64,000 nt of DNA from Candidatus Onthoplasma sp. (GCA_045633705.1 JAZQYV010000017.1:2916-66915), one strand, 5' to 3'. Shown: positions 29,284-40,071, numbered from the stretch's first letter. Program-made: numbers and translations. Notes: a model not told the origin generated them from the sequence alone.

Positions 29284-30621
29284 ATGACTAAAAATCGTTC
29301 TAAAATGCTTATTATATTTCTAACTCTTGTACTAATAGTAGGACTTGTGGCTAGCTTTGTAAGCTTCACATACCCACTTTCAATTGGTGGAGTTAAATAC
29401 AAATATTCAAGTTTTGTTAACGAACTTGTGTTAGGTTCGGATATCAGTGAGGGAGTGCTGATTGAATATCAAGCAAAAGCGCACGAAGACACAGATAACA
29501 ACAATTATGATAGGTTGATGGATTCAACTTTAAATGACCTTAGAAATATCTTAAAGGACAGTGGTTTTAAAAATAGCACTGTTGCACGTAAGGGTGAAGA
29601 CGGAATTCGTATTGAAGTTGGCGGAATTGTTGACAAAGATGATAGTGGTGAAGTGATTAATTTAATTGGTGCACCATCAAAATTGTCATTTAGCACAAGC
29701 ACAAGCGCTGATGATGCCTTTATGTATGGTTATGAATGTGTTAAAAGTGTAAAAGCAAACTCTATTGCCAATGGTAACCAAACTGCATATTATGTTGAAA
29801 TTACATTTACCGACAAAGGATTTGATATTATTAGTGCAAAATCTAAGGAAATTGTAAAAAACAGCGGCACTATATATATGTTGTTGGGCGATACTCAAGT
29901 TGGTAGCACCACTCAAGAAGTTACAACCAAGTCATTACAAATGTCTGGCGAGGGCTTTATCGATATGGCAACCACACGCGATTATGAAATTCAAATCCGC
30001 ACGGGTATGTTGGCACTGGATTTAGTGCGCACATATAATGGCACAATTTCGGCAACATCTGGTGTTCGTGGTAATGTTACCAATCCTATGTTGTTTGTAT
30101 GGGTTACTTTTGCAATTATGGTAATTGCAACCCTAGTATTCTTTGCAATTCGTTACAAACAAATTGGTTTAATGGCAATATTTAATATGCTATTCTATAT
30201 AGTATTAGGATTATTCTTCTTACAATCAGTACCATTGGTGCACATCAATTTAAGTGGCCTATTTGCAATAGTGCTTGGCTATGTAATGGCTGTAATTGCG
30301 CTAATGACCACATTAGAGCATGCTAAACATGCTTATGCAAGGGGCAGGAAGCTGCACACCAGCTTACATCAGGGTATAAATGCAAGCCTATCATCTACAT
30401 TAAGCATAAATGTAATGTTGATTTTGGCGGGTGTTGTATGTGCTTTGATGCCTACAATGGCTATACAATCATTTGGTATTGTAACCCTAGTGCTAGGCTT
30501 TGTAAATATATTCTGCGCTCAAGCTTTAATGAGATTAATGATAAATTTATATTTACCATTTAATGCAGAAGATGGTAAAAAATGTAACTTTACTAGAGAG
30601 GAGGGCTTGAAGAATGATTAA
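29284..30621 (+). CDS. secD: protein translocase subunit SecD
   Basis: 445 aa; N-terminal TM, large extracytoplasmic domain, 5 C-terminal TMs; overlaps secF by 8 nt. Confidence 0.8.
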   Translation: MTKNRSKMLIIFLTLVLIVGLVASFVSFTYPLSIGGVKYKYSSFVNELVLGSDISEGVLIEYQAKAHEDTDNNNYDRLMDSTLNDLRNILKDSGFKNSTVARKGEDGIRIEVGGIVDKDDSGEVINLIGAPSKLSFSTSTSADDAFMYGYECVKSVKANSIANGNQTAYYVEITFTDKGFDIISAKSKEIVKNSGTIYMLLGDTQVGSTTQEVTTKSLQMSGEGFIDMATTRDYEIQIRTGMLALDLVRTYNGTISATSGVRGNVTNPMLFVWVTFAIMVIATLVFFAIRYKQIGLMAIFNMLFYIVLGLFFLQSVPLVHINLSGLFAIVLGYVMAVIALMTTLEHAKHAYARGRKLHTSLHQGINASLSSTLSINVMLILAGVVCALMPTMAIQSFGIVTLVLGFVNIFCAQALMRLMINLYLPFNAEDGKKCNFTREEGLKND

Positions 30622-31681
30622 TAGAGATTTTTCAAAATCAGGAAAAGAATATATAAAGCAAAATAAGGTTGTTTTAATTGTTCTAGCAGTTATTCTTGCT
30701 TTAGGTGTTGTAATGCTGGCTGTGTTTGGTTTTAAGGGCGGAAGCGAGGTTAAGGGCTATAACACATTTTCGGTTACAATGGGCTCAACTTATGATGCTG
30801 GAGAACTGGAAAAATATACCGATACTTTAAAAAGTGCGGTAGCAAAAAATGGCGGAGATTTGCAATCAGTGCAAGTTACTGGCGAAGGGGATTATACAAC
30901 CCTTGTTGTAAAGTATTCTGGGAAAATTAAACAAATTTCTGAATTAAATGCAGATATTTCTTCAGAACTTAAAATAAGCGTACTACAAATTTCTGAACAT
31001 TCGCACGTTGAGGCAAGCTTAACTGGCAAAGATTATGTTTATGCTATTGCCGGCGGTTTGATTATATTAACATTGGCAGTTATATATGTTGCATTCAGAC
31101 ACAACATTGCCTGTGCCATCACATCTTTGGCTGGCTCACTTTTAGCTGTAGCATTATTGATGGCTATAACCGCAATATTTAGATTAACAATTAACAGCTC
31201 ATTCCTAGCAATTAATATTATTTCTATGTTGTTAGTTTTGGGCGAAAGCTTTATATTGTTTGACGGTATTGATAGAGAACGCACAAATAACAAATCTGAT
31301 CGTTCTGCTCAATTAACCAACACTTTAAAAGCAAATGCATTTAGACAAAAGATTATGTATGGCGCATTATTTGCCATAGCATTAATTTTTGTAATACTAA
31401 TGCCAAATACAATTAAACAAGCTAGTTTGATTGCCTTGTTTGCAACAGTTGTTGCACTATTTGTAACAATTTATGCTTTACCTTTATTATGGTGCTTGAC
31501 AATTACTCAAGTTAGTGATAAAATAAGAGTGAAAAAAGTTGAAAAAGTAAAAGCAGTACCAACTGCAGATGAAGTGGAAGGCGAATTGGAACAAAATTAT
31601 ACTGAAAATCAAGTGATTGAAGTAAAGGAAGATAATGGAGATAACACTCCATCTTCGGACGATAATATAACAATTGAGTAA
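30614..31681 (+). CDS. secF: protein translocase subunit SecF
   Basis: 355 aa; same topology class, directly coupled to secD; acidic C-terminal tail. Confidence 0.8.
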   Translation: MINRDFSKSGKEYIKQNKVVLIVLAVILALGVVMLAVFGFKGGSEVKGYNTFSVTMGSTYDAGELEKYTDTLKSAVAKNGGDLQSVQVTGEGDYTTLVVKYSGKIKQISELNADISSELKISVLQISEHSHVEASLTGKDYVYAIAGGLIILTLAVIYVAFRHNIACAITSLAGSLLAVALLMAITAIFRLTINSSFLAINIISMLLVLGESFILFDGIDRERTNNKSDRSAQLTNTLKANAFRQKIMYGALFAIALIFVILMPNTIKQASLIALFATVVALFVTIYALPLLWCLTITQVSDKIRVKKVEKVKAVPTADEVEGELEQNYTENQVIEVKEDNGDNTPSSDDNITIE

Positions 31682-31685
31682 ATTC

Positions 31686-31715
31686 AAGTCGCCTAAACTT
31701 TAGGCGACTTTTTGT
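31686..31715 (+). terminator. rho-independent terminator
   Basis: AAGTCGCCTA-aactt-TAGGCGACTT followed by TTT. Confidence 0.8.
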
Positions 31716-31749
31716 TGCCAATGGTTTGTGCTGTAAAGGTGGTGAATGT

Positions 31750-34131
31750 ATGAAATATATAAATTCGTGTGAGGGTGTGCAAATTGATGAACAATTTGTA
31801 AGCAATATGGCAAAAAAGTTTTTGCTAGATTCAAGAGTGGTTCGCTTGTTATATGTGCGAGGTTTTAACACTGAACAAGCGTTAAGAGATTATTTAAATC
31901 CTAATATTAGCCATTTGCATAATCCATTTTTGTTTGAAAATATGGCGCTTGTTGTGCAAAAGATTAAAGACTATATAGCAAGCAATAGCAAAATATTGAT
32001 ATATGGCGACTATGATGTTGATGGCATAACTGCAACTGCTACAATGTATGATTATTTAACCAAAATTGGAGCACGGGTTAGTACATTTTTACCTAATAGA
32101 TATATTGATGGTTATGGACTAAATATTGAAACAATTAATAAAGTATTGGAAACCAATTCGCCAGATTTGATTATAACCGTTGACTGCGGAATTACTGCAG
32201 TTAATGAAGTTGAATATTTAAAAAGTAAAGGCATTGATGTTATTGTAACCGATCACCACGAGAGTGATGGCAATTTGCCTGATTGCTTGATAGTTAATCC
32301 AAAGGTTAGTAAAACTTATCCATTTAAATATCTATGCGGGGCGGGTGTTGCGCTTAAGCTGGTGCAAGCTATAGGCGGTGTTGATGCAATAAAACCATAT
32401 CTTGCCACCACAGCAATTGCTACAATATCTGATATAGTAGAGATGGTTGGCGAAAATCGCGCAATAGTGTCAATGGGTTTAAATCAAACAAACAGCCTGC
32501 CTAAAGGACTACTTAAAATGCTACACGAATGTGGCATTGGAAGAACCCCTAAAGCAAACGAAATCGCCTTTAAACTAGCACCAAAAATCAACGCTTCAGG
32601 GCGTATGGGCGATGCGGATTTGTCGTTAAAACTATATCTAGAAACCCGACCAATAGAAATTAATAAGATATGTAAAACAATTATTGAATATAATACTAAG
32701 CGTCAACAATTATGTAACAAAATTTATGATGATGTAAAGCAATATTTGGCGGAGCAGGATATATATTCAATGAAGGCAATTGTATGTAAGTCGTCTGATT
32801 GGGAGGCGGGATTGCTTGGCATTGTGTGTGCAAAACTCAGCGAGGAATACCACAGGCCAACTTGCTTGTTTAGCGACACTGATGGTGTGCTTACAGGCTC
32901 TTGCAGAAGTGTTAATGGAGTAAACGTCCACACCTTAATGTGCAGCATGAGCAATATTTTGGAAAAGTTTGGTGGTCACACCATGGCTGCCGGTTTAACC
33001 ATGAAGGTTGAGCATTATGAAGAATTTTGTACCCAATTTAACGATTATGTAGAACAAAACTTAATAAAAGATGAATTTTTGCCAACCAAGGTGTATGATT
33101 TTGAAATTACACTTGATGAGGTCAATACTGGGCTTATTGAAAGTGTTGAACGTATGGAACCTTGTGGGCATGAAAACAGCAGGCCAGTGTTTAAGTTAAG
33201 TGTAACACGTGCCGATGTAAGTCCTATGAAATCACACCCAGAACATTTGCTGGTTAAGTACAACAATTTGTCGTTTTTGGCATTTAATGCGGCTTCTATG
33301 CAATATGTGTTGGCGGGAGATACCAATTGTAATATACTAGCAGATTTAAGCATTGAAATATACAAAAATGTTAAACGTGTTACTGGCGTTATTAAAAGTA
33401 TTGATTATGAAGATATTTATCGCCCGGAAGAAATGGGTGTTATAACCCATAATTATTTGCGTCAACTAACATTTACTGAAAGTGGGGATTGTCAGTTTGT
33501 AAACTATAATCGAGATAATCTAATTAGACTGTTGGTAGACATGGAAAAGAGCATATATGGGACACTAATTGTAACTAACAATTACAATTCGTATTTAAAT
33601 TTTAAAAGTATATATGACAATTTAAATATATTCAGAAATCGAATATTTGAAGTTGAGGACCAAACAGGGCTAAACACAATTTTGCTTGCACCAAACGGCT
33701 TTAAGAACTTTAATAGTTTTAAGCGCATAATATTTATTGACCCAATATTAAATTTAAACTACATTTCAGCTGTAAATAAGGCAACCAAGTCAGCAATATA
33801 TATCCCACACAAAAGTCAATTAAACTATTCGCTTTTACGTGAAATTAGTATGGATAGAAAAGTGTTTGGAGAATATTTTAAGGTTCTTAAGTTTGCGTGT
33901 GACAACAATATTTCAGCCCCAAGCGCTATACAATTTTTTGACAAAGTAACAAATGCTTGTAAGCGTAAGTTGTCATATCTGCAATTTATGATTTGCATGG
34001 ACGTGTTTAAGGAATTAAATATTATTGAAACTGAAAATGACCAAAAGATAATTAATTTATCAATGGACAAAAAATCACTTGAAGAAAGCGTTTTGTATAA
34101 TAGGTTAACGGCTATTAAAAATTTAAAATAA
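31750..34131 (+). CDS. recJ: single-stranded-DNA-specific exonuclease RecJ
   Basis: HNPFLF, GDYDVDGITA, DCGI, VIVTDHHE (DHH), GGHTMAAG (DHHA1); ATG 31750 behind AAAGGTGGTG. Confidence 0.9.
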   Translation: MKYINSCEGVQIDEQFVSNMAKKFLLDSRVVRLLYVRGFNTEQALRDYLNPNISHLHNPFLFENMALVVQKIKDYIASNSKILIYGDYDVDGITATATMYDYLTKIGARVSTFLPNRYIDGYGLNIETINKVLETNSPDLIITVDCGITAVNEVEYLKSKGIDVIVTDHHESDGNLPDCLIVNPKVSKTYPFKYLCGAGVALKLVQAIGGVDAIKPYLATTAIATISDIVEMVGENRAIVSMGLNQTNSLPKGLLKMLHECGIGRTPKANEIAFKLAPKINASGRMGDADLSLKLYLETRPIEINKICKTIIEYNTKRQQLCNKIYDDVKQYLAEQDIYSMKAIVCKSSDWEAGLLGIVCAKLSEEYHRPTCLFSDTDGVLTGSCRSVNGVNVHTLMCSMSNILEKFGGHTMAAGLTMKVEHYEEFCTQFNDYVEQNLIKDEFLPTKVYDFEITLDEVNTGLIESVERMEPCGHENSRPVFKLSVTRADVSPMKSHPEHLLVKYNNLSFLAFNAASMQYVLAGDTNCNILADLSIEIYKNVKRVTGVIKSIDYEDIYRPEEMGVITHNYLRQLTFTESGDCQFVNYNRDNLIRLLVDMEKSIYGTLIVTNNYNSYLNFKSIYDNLNIFRNRIFEVEDQTGLNTILLAPNGFKNFNSFKRIIFIDPILNLNYISAVNKATKSAIYIPHKSQLNYSLLREISMDRKVFGEYFKVLKFACDNNISAPSAIQFFDKVTNACKRKLSYLQFMICMDVFKELNIIETENDQKIINLSMDKKSLEESVLYNRLTAIKNLK

Positions 34132-34211
34132 AAGCGTTTTAACACAAGGCATAAATCATTTGGTTTAAGCTTTAACCTTTTTGCTGGGGGAAATTATTTT
34201 AAGGAGATAAA

Positions 34212-36266
34212 ATGAACTTAAATTCATATATAAAAAATGAAGAATATATAAAATTATTGCAAAAGTATTTTGACGAAACCACTCTTCCAACTAAGGAAGT
34301 AATATCTTATATTTATGATATATTAAAATCATACAATTTAGATGATTTTAGTTTTATTGCAACCGCATTGTTTGTTATAAAACCCAAGGAAGAAATTGAT
34401 TATGATGTTATTAAATCAGAGTTTGGACAAGATGTTAGCGACATTTTAAAAAATCTAAACTCGGTAGGTATAAGGCATTCGCTTGACAATAGTGCCGAAT
34501 TTGAAAGCATTAGAAATATGCTAATTGTGATGTCTAAAGATGTTCGAGTGCTTATTATTTTGCTGTCATACAATGTTTATAAGGTTCAACACTTGGAATT
34601 GATGCCAACAGATGAACAAAAAATGTTCGTAAAATCAGTTAAGGAAATTTATGCTCCGCTATCGGCAAGGCTTAGCCTTAACGAAATTAAAAATAGAATG
34701 GAGGACGCTTGTTTTAGATTTTTAGAACCTGAAATGTACAAGAAACTATCTGAAGACGAACGCTTAAACAAGGAAGAACGCCAACAACAGGTGGATTTGA
34801 TTATTAAATCAATTAAACAAGAGTTGGACGAGTCTGGTATGCAAAATTTCAAGGTGTATGGACGCGAAAAACACTTGGCAAGTGTTTATAACAAGCTTAA
34901 GTCTAAACAGCTTACCCTAGGTCAAATTTACGACCTAATGGCAGTTCGTGTGGTAGTTGACACTATCGAACAATGCTATTTAGTTCTAGGCAAAATCAAT
35001 TCGATGTTTACCATCATTCCTAACCGCTTTAAGGACTATATTGCAACACCTAAGCCAAATGGCTATCAATCAATCCACACTTGCATATTAGCAAACAACA
35101 ATCGTCCAGTAGAAGTGCAAATTAGAACACATCAAATGCATCACTTTAATGAATATGGTGTTGCGGCACACTGGATATATAAGGACAAAAGTCACAAAGC
35201 AAGTAGTTTTGATAAATCAATTAACTGGCTAAAGGAACTGATTGATGAAAATAAGGATTTGTCTGGCCGTGAATTTGCACAAAACATCAAAATTGATATG
35301 TTTAACAGTGAGATTTATGCCCAAACACCTAACGGCAAAATAATCAAATTTCCAGTTGGGGCAAATTGTATCGACTTTGCTTATGCTGTGCATACCAATA
35401 TTGGCAATCGTTGTGTTGGTGCTAAAGTTAATGGAAAGTTTGTGCCACTTACCACCGAACTTAAAAATGGCGACGTTTGTGAAATTTTACTAGGCAATGA
35501 AAACAAAGGGCCATCACGCGATTGGCTAAAAATAGTAAAAACAAGTTCTGCTAGAACAAAAATAAACAGCTATTTTAAAAAGCAAATGGTGGAGGAAAAT
35601 ATCCGCAACGGAAAATCAATGTTTGAAGCCAGTGCTAAAAACAATCAAATAAGTGTTGCAACACTATTATCAAGCGATAAATTAGATACTTTGCTTGCCA
35701 AATATGCCTTGTCAGATGTTGACGAAATGTATGCAATGATTGGAATAGGTACGCTTAGTGCCGAAGGTATGGTACGCAAGCTTATGCCACATATTGAAAC
35801 TGTTAAGGAAGAAAAAACATTTACTTACAAACCAATTAAGGTTAGTGGTAATGTATTGGTTGACAATAGTAGGGGAATGATGACCAGATTTGCAAAATGT
35901 TGTTTGCCGATCCCTGGTGATGACATTATTGGATTTGTGTCGCTAGGCAAAGGTGTTACCGTGCATCGTAGCGACTGCATAAATGTAAAGACACTAAATC
36001 ATGACAGATTTATACCTGTTAGCTGGGACGAGGACAAAAACTCTACATATCTTGCCAAAATTTGTGTTACTGGCGAAAATACAGTTATTGCTTCTATTAC
36101 CAATCTTTTAGACAAACTTGGCGTTAAAATTAACGCATTTGAGGTTAATCCGCTAAACCCTAATCAATATATGATAACAATTAGTTTGAAATCAAGCGCA
36201 GAACTAAACAAGGTTATTAATAAAATACGTCAAATAAACAAAGTTACAGCGGTAGAACGTGCATAA
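34212..36266 (+). CDS. relA: RelA/SpoT-family (p)ppGpp synthetase with degenerate HD hydrolase domain
   Basis: Synthetase motifs intact (DLMAVRVVV, GYQSIHT, EVQIRT, GVAAHWIYK), TGS and ACT-like C-terminus present. HD-domain positions read ALFVIKPKEE and LLSYNVYKV instead of ALLHDVvEDT and LADRLHNM. Confidence 0.88.
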   Translation: MNLNSYIKNEEYIKLLQKYFDETTLPTKEVISYIYDILKSYNLDDFSFIATALFVIKPKEEIDYDVIKSEFGQDVSDILKNLNSVGIRHSLDNSAEFESIRNMLIVMSKDVRVLIILLSYNVYKVQHLELMPTDEQKMFVKSVKEIYAPLSARLSLNEIKNRMEDACFRFLEPEMYKKLSEDERLNKEERQQQVDLIIKSIKQELDESGMQNFKVYGREKHLASVYNKLKSKQLTLGQIYDLMAVRVVVDTIEQCYLVLGKINSMFTIIPNRFKDYIATPKPNGYQSIHTCILANNNRPVEVQIRTHQMHHFNEYGVAAHWIYKDKSHKASSFDKSINWLKELIDENKDLSGREFAQNIKIDMFNSEIYAQTPNGKIIKFPVGANCIDFAYAVHTNIGNRCVGAKVNGKFVPLTTELKNGDVCEILLGNENKGPSRDWLKIVKTSSARTKINSYFKKQMVEENIRNGKSMFEASAKNNQISVATLLSSDKLDTLLAKYALSDVDEMYAMIGIGTLSAEGMVRKLMPHIETVKEEKTFTYKPIKVSGNVLVDNSRGMMTRFAKCCLPIPGDDIIGFVSLGKGVTVHRSDCINVKTLNHDRFIPVSWDEDKNSTYLAKICVTGENTVIASITNLLDKLGVKINAFEVNPLNPNQYMITISLKSSAELNKVINKIRQINKVTAVERA

Positions 36267-36270
36267 TAAA

Positions 36271-36298
36271 AATTGCCACCATTAGTGGCGATTTTTTA
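36271..36298 (+). terminator. rho-independent terminator
   Basis: AATTGCCAC-cattа-GTGGCGATT type hairpin (AATTGCCAC / GTGGCGATT) followed by TTTT. Confidence 0.75.
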
Positions 36299-36423
36299 TA
36301 CCCTGTTTAATGCAGTGAGACAAAATAATAAAGTTTATGTATTTGTTTGCTATAATTTTTCGATTGTGCTATAATTTTAATAGTATTATGCTTATTTTTA
36401 AGCCAAATTGATGGCTTTCCGGC

Positions 36424-37125
36424 ATGAATTTAGGATTAGTTATGATATTTTCAATATTTAATTACGATTTTGGATTAGGTGAAATTGTTATATTGCTATT
36501 AGCGATAACTTTGATTTATATGTTGTCGTTATCTTTTCACGAGCTTGCTCATGGGTTTGTAGCATTTAAGCAAGGGGACCCAACACCAAAAGCAACCGGA
36601 AGGCTTACACTTAATCCTTTGGCTCATATCGACACAACTGGATTTATAATGTTTTTATGTTTAGGTGTTGGCTGGGCAAAACCAGTGCCAGTTAATCCCA
36701 ATAACTTTAAAAAGTATCGTTCAGGAATAGCCAAAGTTTCTATTGCAGGAATTGTTGCAAACTTTATCTTATGCGTGTTAGGCAGCTTTTTGTATATATT
36801 AACCCTTAATTTAATTGGCGATAGTGCCGATTTATTAGTAACAATAGCCTTTTGGTTGATGTGGACTAATGCTTGCCTGATGATATTTAACCTAATCCCG
36901 CTATATCCATTAGATGGATTTAATTTTATTAGTTCGTTTATGCGCCCAAACAATAGATTTGTTCAGGCAAATATACGCAACGCAGGCAAAATATTTTTGT
37001 GGGTGTTAGTAATTGATTTGTTTATGGACTTGTTCTTTAATATATCGATTATAGGCTACTTTTTATCAACATTAGCGGGTTGGATATGTGAGCCATTATG
37101 TAGATTATGGCAATTAATGTTTTAG
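36424..37125 (+). CDS. site-2 protease family (M50) membrane metalloprotease
   Basis: HELAHG zinc motif in TM, NLIPLYPLDG second motif; 233 aa. Confidence 0.8.
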   Translation: MNLGLVMIFSIFNYDFGLGEIVILLLAITLIYMLSLSFHELAHGFVAFKQGDPTPKATGRLTLNPLAHIDTTGFIMFLCLGVGWAKPVPVNPNNFKKYRSGIAKVSIAGIVANFILCVLGSFLYILTLNLIGDSADLLVTIAFWLMWTNACLMIFNLIPLYPLDGFNFISSFMRPNNRFVQANIRNAGKIFLWVLVIDLFMDLFFNISIIGYFLSTLAGWICEPLCRLWQLMF

Positions 37126-37133
37126 AGGGGAAT

Positions 37134-37985
37134 ATGGCAGAAGAAAAACAAGAAGTGTTAAATCAGGCCGAACCTATATTGCAAGATGAAAATTTGGAAA
37201 CGGTTGACACCAGCGCCGAAGAGGTAATTGGTGATGCTGATAGTACAATAAAGTATAAATTGCAAGATTTCGAAGGTCCACTTGATTTGTTATTACACTT
37301 AATTAGAGAAAAAAAGATGGATATTATGGAAGTTAAGTTGGCGGAAATTACCGACCAATATCTTTGCTATATTCAAAATCTTAAATCAAGCGATATGGAG
37401 CTGGCAACCGAGTTTTTAGTTATGGCGACAAGACTTATGGAAATTAAGTCGTTTAAAATGCTTCCTGTAGAGCCTGTAGAAGATGATGAGGAACAAATAG
37501 ACCCAGAACTAGAGCTTAAAATGCAATTGCAAGAATATCAATTATTTAAAGAAGCTAGCGAAAGTTTGCACAATATTGAAAATATTGACCGCTTTTATAA
37601 AGCGCCAGATAAATCTGTGGGAGACCCACGCATTGTGTTTAACCAGTTTAATCTTGACAAGATGCTAGATGCCTTTGCGGTAATATTAATGCGTGCCGAG
37701 GACAAGGCAAACCCTGAAGCATCTAAAAAGATTAGCAAAGATAGATGGACTGTTGCTGAAAAATTGGACTTTTTAAAGGGCGTGTTAAAGGAAAATAAGG
37801 AAATTAATTTCTTTAGCTTGTTTGACGATAATTATTCACGCCTTGAAATTATAACAGTGTTTTTGGCAGTGCTAGAGTTATTAAAATTTCAGTATGCTGA
37901 AGTTGTACAAGCTGATAAATATGAAGATATCTTAATCAAGGCAAAAGAACGACCACAAGATGAAGAAACTGAAGCTATTGGTTAG
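37134..37985 (+). CDS. scpA: segregation and condensation protein A
   Basis: FEGPLDLLLHLIREKKMDIMEVKLAEITDQYL; ATG 37134 behind GAGGGG. Confidence 0.85.
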   Translation: MAEEKQEVLNQAEPILQDENLETVDTSAEEVIGDADSTIKYKLQDFEGPLDLLLHLIREKKMDIMEVKLAEITDQYLCYIQNLKSSDMELATEFLVMATRLMEIKSFKMLPVEPVEDDEEQIDPELELKMQLQEYQLFKEASESLHNIENIDRFYKAPDKSVGDPRIVFNQFNLDKMLDAFAVILMRAEDKANPEASKKISKDRWTVAEKLDFLKGVLKENKEINFFSLFDDNYSRLEIITVFLAVLELLKFQYAEVVQADKYEDILIKAKERPQDEETEAIG

Positions 37986-38010
37986 AAATATACAAACATA
38001 AGGAGATAAT

Positions 38011-38847
38011 ATGAAAATTGCGGAAATTGCACGTGTAATTGAAGCTGTGCTATTTGTGTCAGGCGATGGCGTGGATAGAGACGAATTTAAACGTATTTAT
38101 GATATGTCGGATAAGGAACTTAACAAGTGCCTTGATATTTTGCGCGAAAAATATAGTGGCGATAGTGGAATCCACTTAATTCAATATAAAAACAAAATGC
38201 AATTATGCTCAAACCCAGAGCTGGCTGAAAATGTTGCTGAGATTTTAAACCCAATAAGAGAACGTAGCCTAACCAAAGCAGCTCTTGAAACCGTTGCAAT
38301 TATTGCATATAAGCAACCTATTACACGTACCGAAATTGAGCAAATTCGTGGGGTTAATTGTGACTATGCGGTGCAACTGCTTCAAAACAATAATCTTATT
38401 GAAGTTGTTGGTCGTAAAGATGCGGTTGGTAAGCCACTTTTGTTTGGAACAACTGATAACTTCTTAAAACGCTTTGAATTAAACAGCCTTGAAGATTTGC
38501 CTAATTATAAAGAACTGCTTGACCGTATTCGTGTTATTCATAGTGAGGGTGATAGTTTGTATCGTGAATTTACCATTCCAGATGAAACAGCTGAAGGCGA
38601 AAATGCTGATAATGTAGAAGTTGCCACAACTGAAACCAACGAAACATCTGTAGAAAAAGAAACTGAACCAGTAATTGCTAAAGAAAGCATAAACAATAAT
38701 ATTGAACAAAATACTAGCGATAACGGCAATCAAGTTGACACTGAAAAGCCAAAAGTTAGTTGGCGTGATAAAATGAAAGCAAAAATGACCGAGAATGCCG
38801 AACACTATGAAAATCTTGACAGCGTGTTGGAAAAGAAAAATAAATAA
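38011..38847 (+). CDS. scpB: segregation and condensation protein B with ~100-aa acidic/N-rich C-terminal extension
   Basis: IEAVLFVSGDGV, TKAALETVAIIAYKQPITRTEIEQIRGV, GRKDAVGKPLLFGTT. Confidence 0.85.
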   Translation: MKIAEIARVIEAVLFVSGDGVDRDEFKRIYDMSDKELNKCLDILREKYSGDSGIHLIQYKNKMQLCSNPELAENVAEILNPIRERSLTKAALETVAIIAYKQPITRTEIEQIRGVNCDYAVQLLQNNNLIEVVGRKDAVGKPLLFGTTDNFLKRFELNSLEDLPNYKELLDRIRVIHSEGDSLYREFTIPDETAEGENADNVEVATTETNETSVEKETEPVIAKESINNNIEQNTSDNGNQVDTEKPKVSWRDKMKAKMTENAEHYENLDSVLEKKNK

Positions 38848-38867
38848 TCAAACAATAAGGAACAGAC

Positions 38868-39731
38868 ATGGGAATATTTGGAAATTTTTTTAAACGAGTT
38901 AAATATGTTTTTACTAAAAACGAACTAGACGATGATTTTTATGACGAACTAGAGCAAACTCTTATAAGCTCTGATATGGGTGTTATGACAAGTGAGGAAA
39001 TCATTGATGAATTTCGTGCTGAAGTAAAAAAACGTATGATTAAAGATACCGAAAATGCACAAAAAGTATTACGTGAAATTTTGGTTGAAAAATTGCAATT
39101 TGATGAAGTTGAATTTAGCTATCCAATGATAATAACAGTTGTTGGTGTAAATGGCGTTGGCAAAACTACCAGCATTGCAAAAATGGCTAATTATTTTAGC
39201 AAACAAAAAAAGAACGTTATGCTAGTGGCAGGTGACACTTTTAGAGCTGCCGCAACTGAGCAGCTTGATGAGTGGGCCAATCGCTTAAAATTAAAGATTG
39301 TAAAGCAAGGCGAGGGTGCTGATAGTGCAAGCGTGGTGTTTGATGGTATTGCTTCAATGAAAGCTAAAAATGCCGATGTGTTGATTGTTGATACGGCAGG
39401 AAGATTGCATACAAAAGTTAATCTTATGAAAGAACTTGAAAAAATCAATAATGTGGCCAAGCGTGAATATCCGGAAGCAAAACATCTTAACTTTATAGTG
39501 CTAGATGCAAGCATTGGCCAAAATTCGCTTGCTCAAGTAGAAGCTTTTAAGCAAAGTGTTGATATTGACGGCATTATTTTAACTAAGCTTGATGGTACGG
39601 CTAAAGGTGGTGTTGCATATCCTATCGTTAAGGAGCTGGAAGTGCCTATTGTGTTTACAGGTTTTGGTGAAACAATTAACGACCTATCAAAATTTAATGT
39701 TGAAGAATTTGTTGACAAAATTTTGATGTAA
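38868..39731 (+). CDS. ftsY: signal recognition particle receptor FtsY (NG domain only)
   Basis: VVGVNGVGKTTSIAK, DTAGRLH, LTKLDGTAKGG. Confidence 0.92.
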   Translation: MGIFGNFFKRVKYVFTKNELDDDFYDELEQTLISSDMGVMTSEEIIDEFRAEVKKRMIKDTENAQKVLREILVEKLQFDEVEFSYPMIITVVGVNGVGKTTSIAKMANYFSKQKKNVMLVAGDTFRAAATEQLDEWANRLKLKIVKQGEGADSASVVFDGIASMKAKNADVLIVDTAGRLHTKVNLMKELEKINNVAKREYPEAKHLNFIVLDASIGQNSLAQVEAFKQSVDIDGIILTKLDGTAKGGVAYPIVKELEVPIVFTGFGETINDLSKFNVEEFVDKILM

Positions 39732-39743
39732 TGAGGCTTTAAT

Positions 39744-39989
39744 ATGTTGCAAACTACAAAACTTTGTCCAGATTGTAAAGGGGTTATTTGTTGGGATAGT
39801 AGAATTCAAGCGTATAGACACGACTATATTGATGATTGCTGCTATATGGAAAATCTTAATGGAAAACGCATTTGGGACAATGCCAAAAGAGATGAAAGAT
39901 TGCAAAAGTTGAAAGATGGCAAGGCTAAAATAAGGCTTCTTACTGGCGATATTGTTGAAGAAGATGTTGAAGAAAATTTTTTAAGATAA
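39744..39989 (+). CDS. hypothetical small Cys-rich protein
   Basis: 81 aa; CPDC...C...CC pattern, K/E-rich tail; terminator 39996-40022. Confidence 0.5.
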   Translation: MLQTTKLCPDCKGVICWDSRIQAYRHDYIDDCCYMENLNGKRIWDNAKRDERLQKLKDGKAKIRLLTGDIVEEDVEENFLR

Positions 39990-39995
39990 TGATAA

Positions 39996-40022
39996 TAAAA
40001 AGACTTTAATTAGTCTTTTTTT
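39996..40022 (+). terminator. rho-independent terminator
   Basis: AAAAAGACT-ttaatt-AGTCTTTTT. Confidence 0.8.
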
Positions 40023-40042
40023 GTGCAAAAAAATAATGGGTA

Positions 40043-40071
40043 TTGACAAAGAAGGGTTTGTATGTTAGAAT
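40043..40071 (+). promoter_or_regulatory. sigma-70-type promoter with extended -10
   Basis: TTGACA, 17 nt, TGtTAGAAT; the track ORF start 40062 lies inside this promoter. Confidence 0.7.
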
